A DNA stretch of 63,010 nucleotides, the filler included, from an uncultured bacterium (GTDB taxonomy: Bacteria > Hinthialibacterota > Hinthialibacteria > Hinthialibacterales > Hinthialibacteraceae): the NCBI GenBank assembly GCA_964449065.1. It is 2 parts of 2 records of this genome, joined end to end, with 100 filler letters (N's around TTAATTAATTAA, not from the genome) between each part and the next. Parts side by side here need not be neighbours in the genome. Positions count along the whole stretch, not along the records: positions 1 to 31,583 come from CAYVAZ010000014.1; 1 more part is not named here. One strand, written 5' to 3'. The translations under genes and the position numbers were made by a program. Positions 1-8,823 of the stretch are shown here, one piece after another. The notes below the pieces were generated by a model. It did not search any database. It was not told the DNA's origin and saw nothing but the letters and a program-made list of their open reading frames with translations. Numbering within the stretch: the first letter of the stretch is position 1; the number at the start of each line of letters is the position of its first letter.

Positions 1-16
1 CACTACAATAAAAGAT

Positions 17-50
17 ACTATATAAAAAATCGGGGGGGGGGGGGTGTCAA
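17..50 (-). promoter_or_regulatory. Possible sigma70 promoter pointing out of the window, with a C13 homopolymer in the spacer
   Basis: Minus strand reads TTGACA (50-45), C13, GATTTTTTA, TATAGT (22-17). The spacer is longer than canonical. Confidence 0.4.
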
Positions 51-255
51 CGGGTTTTTTTAAAAAGTTGCGGAACTAACATGACGCTAACCTCAGTAAC
101 AAAACGTTATACGAATGGATATCTATTCGTGTAATATTTCGTTATAGGACCGAAAATGTTACATATAGAATCTAAGTTCAGAATAATAAGAGTACTGCAT
201 TTGCTTATACAAATGAAATACGAGAGGAAATACCCAAACCCATTCAGCAACCAAC

Positions 256-945
256 CTACTGATCTGAAAAGAGGATAGGATCCAGCGGTCTACTTTCATC
301 TATTTCCAGACCGGATGCAGCATTCTTTCCGGCAGGATCAACCGTGCGATAAGGATTGAGTTCCGCTGGATCGTTCCGGTAGTTTTTTTTGGCCTTGTTC
401 GGGTTGTACTTCCCTTTGGCCAGCCAAAAGTCCGCGTTGAGAAAATCAGAGGCTTTGTAGACGTGCCTCGACATCCCGATTTGGAAGTCGTAGTTGGATT
501 TGATGGAGCCGTTATCTAAGCCGCCGCTGTGGTAAAAGGCCTCGCCGGAATCAGGCATGATGGCGTAGTTCATCTGCATGGGGGTTCGGGACAGAAGTTT
601 GCCCCGGCGCAGCGGTTTGATATTTTTGTCGAAAAAGTTGGACGCGCCGGATGATTCAGCCGGTTCGGGCGATTCCGACATGGTCAGATTTAATTTCGCG
701 CCAATCCCCAGCGGCAAATTCCCCCGCGCGAAGTTGTGGGTCCGATTCTCTACCGGGGGATTGCTTATGGGGCGGTTCTCATATGTTGTACCGGGCGCAT
801 AATACGAATCGATGGTTTGTTGTGCGGTCTCGGTTGTTTTACAGCCGGTCAAGGACGATATAATCAGACCGAGACTTGCAATCGAAATGGTCAATACTTT
901 TTGTGAAATGGAACATTTCCCAGTCCTGCCATGAGTTCTTTCCAT
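256..945 (-). CDS. Hypothetical lipoprotein
   Basis: ORF 256..1017, with ATG at 945 as the likely start. Hydrophobic stretch ends in a lipobox-like SLTG|C; no recognisable domain. Confidence 0.6.
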   Translation of the reverse strand: MERTHGRTGKCSISQKVLTISIASLGLIISSLTGCKTTETAQQTIDSYYAPGTTYENRPISNPPVENRTHNFARGNLPLGIGAKLNLTMSESPEPAESSGASNFFDKNIKPLRRGKLLSRTPMQMNYAIMPDSGEAFYHSGGLDNGSIKSNYDFQIGMSRHVYKASDFLNADFWLAKGKYNPNKAKKNYRNDPAELNPYRTVDPAGKNAASGLEIDESRPLDPILFSDQ

Positions 946-1113
946 CGTGCACCTGCCTGCATGAGTATTCCCAATCCCTCTTTGTATTGCATCATCATAG
1001 CAAGCAATCCGTCCCAAACCTTCAAAACGGTGCTTTGACTTGTCTTTCTGCTTGCTACTATATCATAGCAAATGAATTTGCCACGGTAAATTTTTAGTTC
1101 CAAAGAAAATTGT

Positions 1114-2586
1114 ATGAACTCTTTACATTACCGGTTTGATCCAAACTGCATCCCCCCCGATGTGAAACGGATATGTTCACTGTTCCGTCACGGCGAAATC
1201 TTTGCGGTAGGCGGCGTGATACGCGATTCCATTTTGCGGCATGCGGATGATCAAGGTGTCATCCGCCAATCTGCCGGAAACGATTGGGACTTCGCCACCT
1301 CGTTTCATCCCCGTGAAACCATGAAGATTCTGCGCGACGGCGGCCTCACCGCCATCCCGGTCGGTATCGAACACGGAACGGTAGCCGCTGTGATCGATAA
1401 AAAGCTCTACGAAATCACCACCTACCGGCATGATTTGGAATCCAAAGACGGCCGTCATGCCGTCATCCGGTTCGCGCGTACCCTCAAAGATGATTTAGAG
1501 CGCCGTGACTTTACCATCAACGCGTTCGCTCTCGATATTGAATCGGGCGAAATTACCGATTTGTTTAACGGACTGAAGGATTTGGAAAACAAACGCATCC
1601 AAACAGTTGGAGACCCTCACACCCGGTTTCAAGAAGACCACCTGCGTATGCTGCGGGCGTGCCGCTTTGCTGCCAAACTTGAGGGAACCATTGAGACGGA
1701 AACTTATCAGGCCATTCGAAAACACGCTCATCGAATTCAAAACATTTCCGCCGAACGAATTCGGGATGAGTTGATGAAGATGCTGGCCTATCCCATACCG
1801 TCGCATGGGTTTGTTTTGATGCATCAAACGGGATTATTGATGTATATTCTGCCGGAGCTGGAAGCGGGGTTTGATGTATACCAAAACCGCTTTCATGCGG
1901 ATGATGTTGCCATGCATACCCTGCACACCATCGACGCCTTGAGCCCGAAATACCCCAAATACCGCTGGATGGCGTTGCTGCATGACCTAGGCAAAGTGCC
2001 CTGCAAGATGTACCGCGAACAAAAGGGAGATTACGTATTTTACGGCCATCAATATGCCGGCAAAAAAATGGGGCGCAAGATCATGAAGCGCCTGCGGTTC
2101 TCGAACAAAGACATGGAAGCGGCGAAATCGGTGGTGGAAAATCACATGTACAACCTAAAGCCCGGTCTTTCGGAAGGGGCGATCCGGCGCTTTGTCCGCA
2201 AATTGGGTGAAGAAAACGTAGAGGGATTTTTGCGGATGCGCATGGCAGACCGCCGCGGGAATAAGCTGAACGATGAATCCTACGAAAAGGGAATCTTTCA
2301 TTTTGTCCGCACGCTGCGTAAGATCAAAAAAGCAGATGATGCCCTGACCGTAAAGTCGCTGCATATCAATGGGCACGATTTAATCCAACTTGGCCTGCCG
2401 CCCGGCCCGGTGTTTTCGCGGATTTTGGATTATCTTCTCGACCAAGTGCTGGATGACCCCGGCCTGAACAACCACGAGTGGTTAATGCGGCAGGCGCAGG
2501 CCTTCGCGGATGAATACAAGCAAAGCGGAAAGATTACCGTTCCCGAAAAGGCGCGGCAGCAATCCGATTCTGAAGAAGATGATTAA
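1114..2586 (+). CDS. cca: CCA tRNA nucleotidyltransferase / poly(A) polymerase family with HD domain
   Basis: Motifs VGGVIRD, DWDFAT, DLERRDFTINA, EDHLRMLRACRF, ISAERI and LLHDLGK. Confidence 0.92.
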   Translation: MNSLHYRFDPNCIPPDVKRICSLFRHGEIFAVGGVIRDSILRHADDQGVIRQSAGNDWDFATSFHPRETMKILRDGGLTAIPVGIEHGTVAAVIDKKLYEITTYRHDLESKDGRHAVIRFARTLKDDLERRDFTINAFALDIESGEITDLFNGLKDLENKRIQTVGDPHTRFQEDHLRMLRACRFAAKLEGTIETETYQAIRKHAHRIQNISAERIRDELMKMLAYPIPSHGFVLMHQTGLLMYILPELEAGFDVYQNRFHADDVAMHTLHTIDALSPKYPKYRWMALLHDLGKVPCKMYREQKGDYVFYGHQYAGKKMGRKIMKRLRFSNKDMEAAKSVVENHMYNLKPGLSEGAIRRFVRKLGEENVEGFLRMRMADRRGNKLNDESYEKGIFHFVRTLRKIKKADDALTVKSLHINGHDLIQLGLPPGPVFSRILDYLLDQVLDDPGLNNHEWLMRQAQAFADEYKQSGKITVPEKARQQSDSEEDD

Positions 2587-2643
2587 CCTCTTCAAGTTAC
2601 GTTATCCTATTTTCTCATTTATACTTGAACCATACAAAGTGTG

Positions 2644-2674
2644 TGGGAGGGCGAACCTCCTGCCGAGCCGGAAG
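2644..2674. repeat. REP-like palindromic repeat (second copy at 14808-14838)
   Basis: TGGGAGGGCGAACCTCCTGCCGAGCCGGAAG here versus TGGGAGGGCGAGGCTCCCGCCGAGCCGGAAG at 14808. Confidence 0.7.
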
Positions 2675-2682
2675 CGCTCTGT

Positions 2683-2954
2683 TATACCATTTTCAAATAG
2701 AAAAGTTCACTATGAAAGACGGAATGGAAAAATTTGTTCATAATAGTGCAGACATCTTGCCTGTAAAAGCCTTTGTCTCCCCCAAAGCATTTAATGGAGA
2801 TGTCCGACGCAAGGAGGTCAGAGGGGGTGCGAAGAGAACCATAAACCATAAAGATTCAACCTGTTTTAAAGAAGTTTTTTCCTTGGCAATCAAACGAAGC
2901 AATCTGTTAAGCCGTTTTGATTTTGGTGAACAATCCAAATTGGAAATGGTATTA
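2683..2954. mobile_element. MITE-like element with terminal inverted repeats
   Basis: Ends TATACCATTTTCAA and TTGGAAATGGTATTA, TA-flanked, with an internal palindrome and no convincing ORF. Confidence 0.55.
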
Positions 2955-2982
2955 TATCCATCAAAAAATAGTGGTTAAAATC

Positions 2983-3564
2983 ATGTATGAAACAGTTGAA
3001 CAACGTGTTGACGCGTTCCAGGAAAAGTATGAATCATTGGCCGGGGTTGTACACCGGGCAAGTACGGTGGATGACGTCATCCAAACGATGATGGATATAT
3101 GCGCTGAAAAGAAGACCAAACAAATCGCGACAGCCGATTTACCGGATGAGTGGCTGGCAGCCCTGAAAGAAAAAGCGCAGCAGCAATCCATCACCGTTTA
3201 TGAACCGCCCTATCAACGCAAAGACTTACCCCACCAGATTGACAACTGCGAAGTGGGGATATCCAAAGTGGAACTGGCGGCAGCAGAATCGGGCTGTATC
3301 GTAGAGTTCACCACGCAGGACGCCACGCGGATGGTTTCCACGGCTCCGGATACGCACATTGCGGTTTTGGAAGCCCATAGTATATTGGAAACCCTGCCGG
3401 AAGCCGCGCCCCGGATGCGCATGTTCTTGCAAGAAAATCCAACCTGTGCCAACATCACAACCATTTCCGGGCCAAGCCGGTCCGGCGATATTGAAATGAA
3501 ACTCACTCTGGGGGTTCATGGCCCCATTGCTTCGCATGTCATTATTTATTGTCCAAATGATTAG
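2983..3564 (+). CDS. lutC: Lactate utilization protein C (LUD domain)
   Basis: AAESG and ISGPSRSGDIEMKLTLGVHGP motifs. The ORF track start at 2917 lies inside the MITE, so ATG 2983 is preferred. Confidence 0.88.
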   Translation: MYETVEQRVDAFQEKYESLAGVVHRASTVDDVIQTMMDICAEKKTKQIATADLPDEWLAALKEKAQQQSITVYEPPYQRKDLPHQIDNCEVGISKVELAAAESGCIVEFTTQDATRMVSTAPDTHIAVLEAHSILETLPEAAPRMRMFLQENPTCANITTISGPSRSGDIEMKLTLGVHGPIASHVIIYCPND

Positions 3565-3573
3565 AGGAAAATT

Positions 3574-5721
3574 ATGTCCGAAGACCGCTATCCACGTTTG
3601 TATGAAAAAATCAACCAAGCCTTGGCCGATCAACCCAAACAAGACGCACTTTACACAGCCATGCACGGCAGCCGAGTCAAACGCAAAGTGGCGATTGACA
3701 AACTGCCCACCAAAGACGCCTTTCGCAAGTCCGTGCGGCAATCCAAGTTACGCAGCATCGCCAAAATGGATGAACTGACTGAACAATTTTCGGAAAACTG
3801 CAAAAAACGCGGCGTGAATGTGTTTATCGCCAAAGACGGCCAAGCCGCGATTGAATATACCCTCAACGTAATCAAAAAGCGCAACGCCAAAACCGTTGCC
3901 AAATCCAAATCACTCACCAGCGAAGAAATTCATATTAATCGTCCGATGGAAGAAGCAGGGGTCAAAGTCATCGAAACCGATTTGGGAGAACTGATCATCC
4001 AACTGGTGAACGAAAAACCGTATCACTTGGTCTTTCCATCGGTGCATAAAACCGCGCAGGAAGTGGCGGATATCTTTCAAAAAGAACTCGGCACCGATAT
4101 CCCCAGCGATCCCAAAATTATCATGCAGCACGTGCGCAAATATCTCCGCCCCATCTTTTTGAATTCGGATATCGGGATGACAGGCGCCAACATCGGGATT
4201 GCCGAAACCGGTACCATCGTGATCGAGACGAATGAGGGCAACGCGCGCATGGTTTCGACCATCCCCGATTGCCACATTTGCATCATGGGAATGGAAAAGA
4301 TAGTCGGGACGGTAGAAGAAGCGCTGGAAATGACCATGGCGCATCCCATCAGCGCAATCGGCCAATTGCTGACTACCTATAACACCTTTATGAGCGGGCG
4401 CTCTCCGCTGGGTGAGAACGGCGAACCGCGCGAATCGCATATCATCATCCTCGATAACGGACGCCATGAGATGCGCGAAGACCCCATCATGAGCGACGCG
4501 CTCAACTGCATCCGGTGCGGGGCGTGTATGAATATTTGCCCGACTTACGGCGTGGTGGGCGGGCATACGTTTGGGTATGTGTATCCGGGACCGATTGGGA
4601 TTCCATGGACGGCGTGTGTGCATGGTCTTGAAAACGCGGGCGACTTTGCCCCGTTGTGTATTTCATGCGGTTTGTGCAAGGAAATCTGTCCGGCGGAAAT
4701 CGACATCCCCCACATGATCGCGGAAGTGAAACACCGCGACTTGAAAAACAATCCCCAACCGGCGGTAAACAAATTGCTCATGGGCGCGGATAGCATGTCG
4801 AAACTGGGCAGCATGACCGCGCCCATCTCAAATTGGTTTATGCAGAATAAATATTTTCGCGGGTTAATGGAAACCTTTCAAGGAATCGACCGCGGCCGCC
4901 CACTGCCGAAGTTCAGCCGCTATACGCTCAAGAAATGGTATAACCAACACTACCGCAAAACCGGAAACGAAAAACGCAAGGTAATCTACTTTACCGATTT
5001 GTTCGCGCTCTATCATGAGCCGGAACTTGGGATTGCCGCGGTAAAGGCCATGCAAGCTGCCGGGTGTGACGTGGCGCTGTATACCAAAAAATCGAGCGGC
5101 TACCCACTCATAGGCTATGGGGATTTAACCAAAGCCAAGAAGTTGGCGGATCAAATCTGCCGCGAACTGCACACATGGGTTGCCAGAGGCTATGACATTG
5201 TCGCGACCGAGCCGACCGCCGCGTATTGCCTGAAAAAATCCTACCTGAAACTGTTGGAAGGCCGGGTGGATGCCAATGCGGTATCACGAAATTCGTATGA
5301 GTTATTTGAATACCTGAACATAATTGACCGCGAGGATGATTCGGTTAACTTGCTGGAACAGTTCGCTTCACTTAGCGGGAAGAAATTCGGATTTCATTTA
5401 TCCTGCCACCAGCGTCCAATTTCTGCCGCTGAGCCGACGATGGATTGGCTGCGCCGCTGCGGCGCGGAAGTGGAACGGATCGAAACGGGAACCTGCTGCG
5501 GCATGGGTGGTACCTTCGGCATGAAAGCGGGGCCGCTGGGTGTCGGCCTATCCAAAGCGGTGGGCGCCCCTCTCTTTAAACTCTTTAATGAAGCCCAAAT
5601 CGACGCGGTTGTGACCGAAAGCAGCGTCTGCACCATCCAACTGCTGGATGGAGTGGATTTGCCGGTATATCATCCCCTGCAATTGCTGATGGCGGAACCG
5701 AACCCGTCTTGCGAGACATAG
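3574..5721 (+). CDS. lutB: LutB/LldF iron-sulfur protein fused to C-terminal cysteine-rich CCG domains
   Basis: ETDLGE and NEGNARM; two ferredoxin motifs (CIRCGACMNICP, CISCGLCKEICP); C-terminal HLSCHQ and CCGMGGTFG. Confidence 0.88.
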   Translation: MSEDRYPRLYEKINQALADQPKQDALYTAMHGSRVKRKVAIDKLPTKDAFRKSVRQSKLRSIAKMDELTEQFSENCKKRGVNVFIAKDGQAAIEYTLNVIKKRNAKTVAKSKSLTSEEIHINRPMEEAGVKVIETDLGELIIQLVNEKPYHLVFPSVHKTAQEVADIFQKELGTDIPSDPKIIMQHVRKYLRPIFLNSDIGMTGANIGIAETGTIVIETNEGNARMVSTIPDCHICIMGMEKIVGTVEEALEMTMAHPISAIGQLLTTYNTFMSGRSPLGENGEPRESHIIILDNGRHEMREDPIMSDALNCIRCGACMNICPTYGVVGGHTFGYVYPGPIGIPWTACVHGLENAGDFAPLCISCGLCKEICPAEIDIPHMIAEVKHRDLKNNPQPAVNKLLMGADSMSKLGSMTAPISNWFMQNKYFRGLMETFQGIDRGRPLPKFSRYTLKKWYNQHYRKTGNEKRKVIYFTDLFALYHEPELGIAAVKAMQAAGCDVALYTKKSSGYPLIGYGDLTKAKKLADQICRELHTWVARGYDIVATEPTAAYCLKKSYLKLLEGRVDANAVSRNSYELFEYLNIIDREDDSVNLLEQFASLSGKKFGFHLSCHQRPISAAEPTMDWLRRCGAEVERIETGTCCGMGGTFGMKAGPLGVGLSKAVGAPLFKLFNEAQIDAVVTESSVCTIQLLDGVDLPVYHPLQLLMAEPNPSCET

Positions 5722-6017
5722 CCCGCACCGAACCAACCAAGCTGGATACCCGATCCGTCAGCGCATTGCTGATTGCCCATCATAGGGATGTCATGTTTGG
5801 GGATGTGATGGTAATTCCTACAGATAACGGCGTTTCAGAGTCGAAAAGCCGGGAAGCATCGGCTTCATTCTTGAATCGCAATCGTAGTTAATCTTGTATG
5901 TAATGACAGGCATACTGGATGTGCGCAATGTGCCGGTTGAAGAGACAGATGACCTTCCGCAAGCATAGAAGCCGAAGAAATGAAAGCCATTGAGACGGAA
6001 AAGATTGTAATATGAAC

Positions 6018-6088
6018 TTTACCTTTAGGGTAAATTTGATTGAGTTGACACGGTGCAATACCTCATTTTAATTTACCGCAAGGGTAAA
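6018..6088 (+). promoter_or_regulatory. Sigma70 promoter flanked by two palindromic operators
   Basis: TTTACC-N5-GGTAAA at 6018-6034 and 6072-6088; TTGACA at 6045-6050; TTTAAT at about 6067-6072. Confidence 0.75.
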
Positions 6089-6099
6089 GAGTGTTTTCC

Positions 6100-7302
6100 A
6101 TGCTGATTCAGTTCATAACCAACAAACTGCAAAAACAATATGAAAATGTAAAAGAAGCTGAAAAGGCTTATGGAAAAATCTTGGCTCAGAAATATATTGA
6201 ACGGATCAACATTATTCAGCAAGCACAAAACCAAATCTACCATTCCAATTTAGCCATCCCACCTGGAGAGTTTTTGGAAGAGGTGCTGGAAGTTCTTGGA
6301 ATGAGTAAAGAAGAGTTGGCACGGCGAATTGAGCGTCCCGCGTCGAAACTCAGTTCCATCTACAAGAGCGAAAAAGCCATCACTCCCGATACGGCGCTTC
6401 GTCTTGAAAAGGTGGTCGGTGTGCCCGCGCATATCTGGACAGGATTAGAAGCCGAATACCGCCTTACATTAGCTCGAATGGAAGAAGCACAAGAAGAACG
6501 TTTAAAAGCCGAAACCAATCTGGTTACCAAGTTTTGTTATAGTCAGTTAGCCAATTTAGGTGAAGTTGAAAAGAAAACCAGACCGGTCGATAAAGTTCGT
6601 GAATTACACAAATATTTTGGAACCATGTCGCTCACCACAATTCCAACCCTCCGGCGGTATCAGCCTGCGTACCGGTTGGGAAAAGCGGGAGAACAATCTC
6701 CAGAAGCCTTAGCGGCTTGGATTCGTTTAGGAGAAAGACGCGCGTCTCGAATCGATTGTGTACCGTTCCAAAAAGAACGGTTGGAGACGTGTGTGGTACA
6801 ACTGCGAAATCTTACCTTACACCATCCAAAAAAATCGATTCCTGAACTTGAAAAGCGGTTGGCGGGCTGTGGAGTTGCCTTGGTGGTTTGCCCACATTTT
6901 CCAAAGACAAAGGCTCATGGCGCGACTTTTCAATTACGAGAGGACAAAATGGTGTTAATGATCACCATTCGTGGTAGTTGGGCTGATATTTTTTGGTTTC
7001 GTTTATTTCATGAATTGGGGCATATCCTTTTTCATTCAACAAAAGATGTCATTTTAGAAAATCACAATCACGATCAAAAAGAAGAAGAAGCAGACGAATT
7101 TGCCCGAGAGACTTTGATCCCGAATAAACAATACCTCCGCTTTGTTAAAACGCATCAAATTGACTATGACAATATCCAAGAAATTGCCAATCAAATCAAA
7201 ATCCACCCCGGCATTGTCGTCGGCCGGTTGCAGCATGATGAATACATCAAGCGGCAATGGTTCAATGAACTTCGAGAACGGTATCTGTGGAAAAACGGGT
7301 AG
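6100..7302 (+). CDS. higA: HigA-family HTH antitoxin with ImmA/IrrE-like metallopeptidase domain and an N-terminal HigB toxin remnant
   Basis: AIPPGEFLEE...AITPDTALRLE helix-turn-helix; HELGH zinc motif; EEEADEFA. The first ~44 aa resemble a HigB/killer-protein N-terminus. Confidence 0.85.
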   Translation: MLIQFITNKLQKQYENVKEAEKAYGKILAQKYIERINIIQQAQNQIYHSNLAIPPGEFLEEVLEVLGMSKEELARRIERPASKLSSIYKSEKAITPDTALRLEKVVGVPAHIWTGLEAEYRLTLARMEEAQEERLKAETNLVTKFCYSQLANLGEVEKKTRPVDKVRELHKYFGTMSLTTIPTLRRYQPAYRLGKAGEQSPEALAAWIRLGERRASRIDCVPFQKERLETCVVQLRNLTLHHPKKSIPELEKRLAGCGVALVVCPHFPKTKAHGATFQLREDKMVLMITIRGSWADIFWFRLFHELGHILFHSTKDVILENHNHDQKEEEADEFARETLIPNKQYLRFVKTHQIDYDNIQEIANQIKIHPGIVVGRLQHDEYIKRQWFNELRERYLWKNG

Positions 7303-7441
7303 GCTAACAAATTATCCGCTAAGAAAGGCGCTCTGTTTTTCTTTCGCTGAGGCTTATCGCCGCGCGCAATGAACAATCCTAATTGCGAATGGGATTATAT
7401 GGAGTCAATCATTTTTTTGTAAATGGTTTGCGTAAGATCAC

Positions 7442-8724
7442 TTACTCATCCTCTACAACCGCGGCGTAGTGGGTATCGCTTTGGATGTTGTGGCGGCACA
7501 TGGATTTGTATACCAGCGGTTTGGCGGCAAAGCGCATAAGGGATAGCTTGGTGTTGTACCAGAACGATTCGAAGGAGTGATCCGCCAGATAGGCGGTATC
7601 GGTCGGTTGGACGATAAGGCTGACTTCGATGTTGGGCGCGATGCCGATGGGGATATTTTTCTTCATGCAGGATTCATACACATGCTGAAACACGGGCCGC
7701 ATCTCATCGTAGGTCGGTGAGGGGGCGTGTTCCATCTTTGAGCCTTTCAGCGGGCGAAAGATGCACACTGTCGGGAAGGCGCCGATACTGGTGATGTAAT
7801 CGATGGCTTTGAGTGTGTCTTCCATCGGCTCGATTCCCGCGATGATTTCTCCGGATACGCGGCCTTTGCCCAACTTCTCGCTGGTGTATTCCATGGCGTC
7901 AAAGAATGCTTGCTGGCCGAAGTGTTTTTCTTTGCCGGGCAGGTATTTTTTGAAATACTCTTTGTTAAAAAGTTCGAAGCAGAAGGAAACGTGATCGCAG
8001 CCCATATCAATCAGTTGGTCATACAACGCGTAATCCTTCGCGGGCAGGGCTTGCACACCAACCAAAATACCAATCCGCTCTTTCAAGGCTTTTACGAAGG
8101 GCNNNNNNNNNNGGGCAGGCATAGTTCGAGTTCGCGGTAGTTGTGGAAGCCGGTGTTAATATGAACAAAGGTAATGCCGGATTCTTCTTTCGCGGCTCTG
8201 GCGGTTTCAATCACTTCATCCACGGTTTTTTTGGCTTTGTCGGATTCACCGACATTGATACCGGTGGCACAGAAGTGGCAGTTCTCTTGCGGAGTCACAT
8301 TCCAAAAGGCGCATTTTGGGCCGATGTAAATGCCCAAATACGTGCCTTGCAATACACCGATTTCACGCATGCGTGTACCGCTGGATGTGCGCTCAAAATA
8401 CCAGCGCGGTTCGCGGGGGATTTCGATCGGGTAGGTGATGCCGTTGCCTTCATTTAACAGACGATACTCGCCGCTTAGTTTGCTGAGCAGATAGGGGCTG
8501 GTTTCAGTGAAAGGCTCCAGCACCGGAACATTCATCCAGATTTTATGCCGGGCAGGGATGACGATTTCAAGTCCGCTGCCAAGGCCCGCTCGGGTACGGG
8601 AAAAATCGCGCGCGTCGTTTTCCAGATCGCAGGAATTGTGCAGACGCAACCCTTTACAAAACAGGTCAATTTCGAGTTCGGCCGGATTGAGTTTTTTATG
8701 GTTGGTAGAACCGTTAGAATTCAT
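7442..8724 (-). CDS. Radical SAM protein (split in the ORF track by a 10-N gap)
   Basis: CAFWNVTPQENCHFC cluster motif. Removing the Ns and the duplicated GGGC restores an in-frame LCLPFVK joining ORFs 8092..8733 and 7442..8122. Confidence 0.8.
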
Positions 8725-8823
8725 GTGTAACACCAGAAGTTATTGTGATTTAATGATCGGCTTATATTTTATCCGGCTCTGCTCATTGCGCTAGAGTAAA
8801 GCTGTATATCCTATTTAGAATGG

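Noticed and set aside
5722..6010. Short ORF-like stretches between lutB and higA
   Set aside because: Interrupted by stops with no recognisable motif. They may be decayed DNA but cannot be supported as a feature.
8092..8122. Programmed frameshift or pseudogene in the radical SAM gene
   Set aside because: The frame change is fully explained by the 10-N gap and a 4-bp duplicated overlap.
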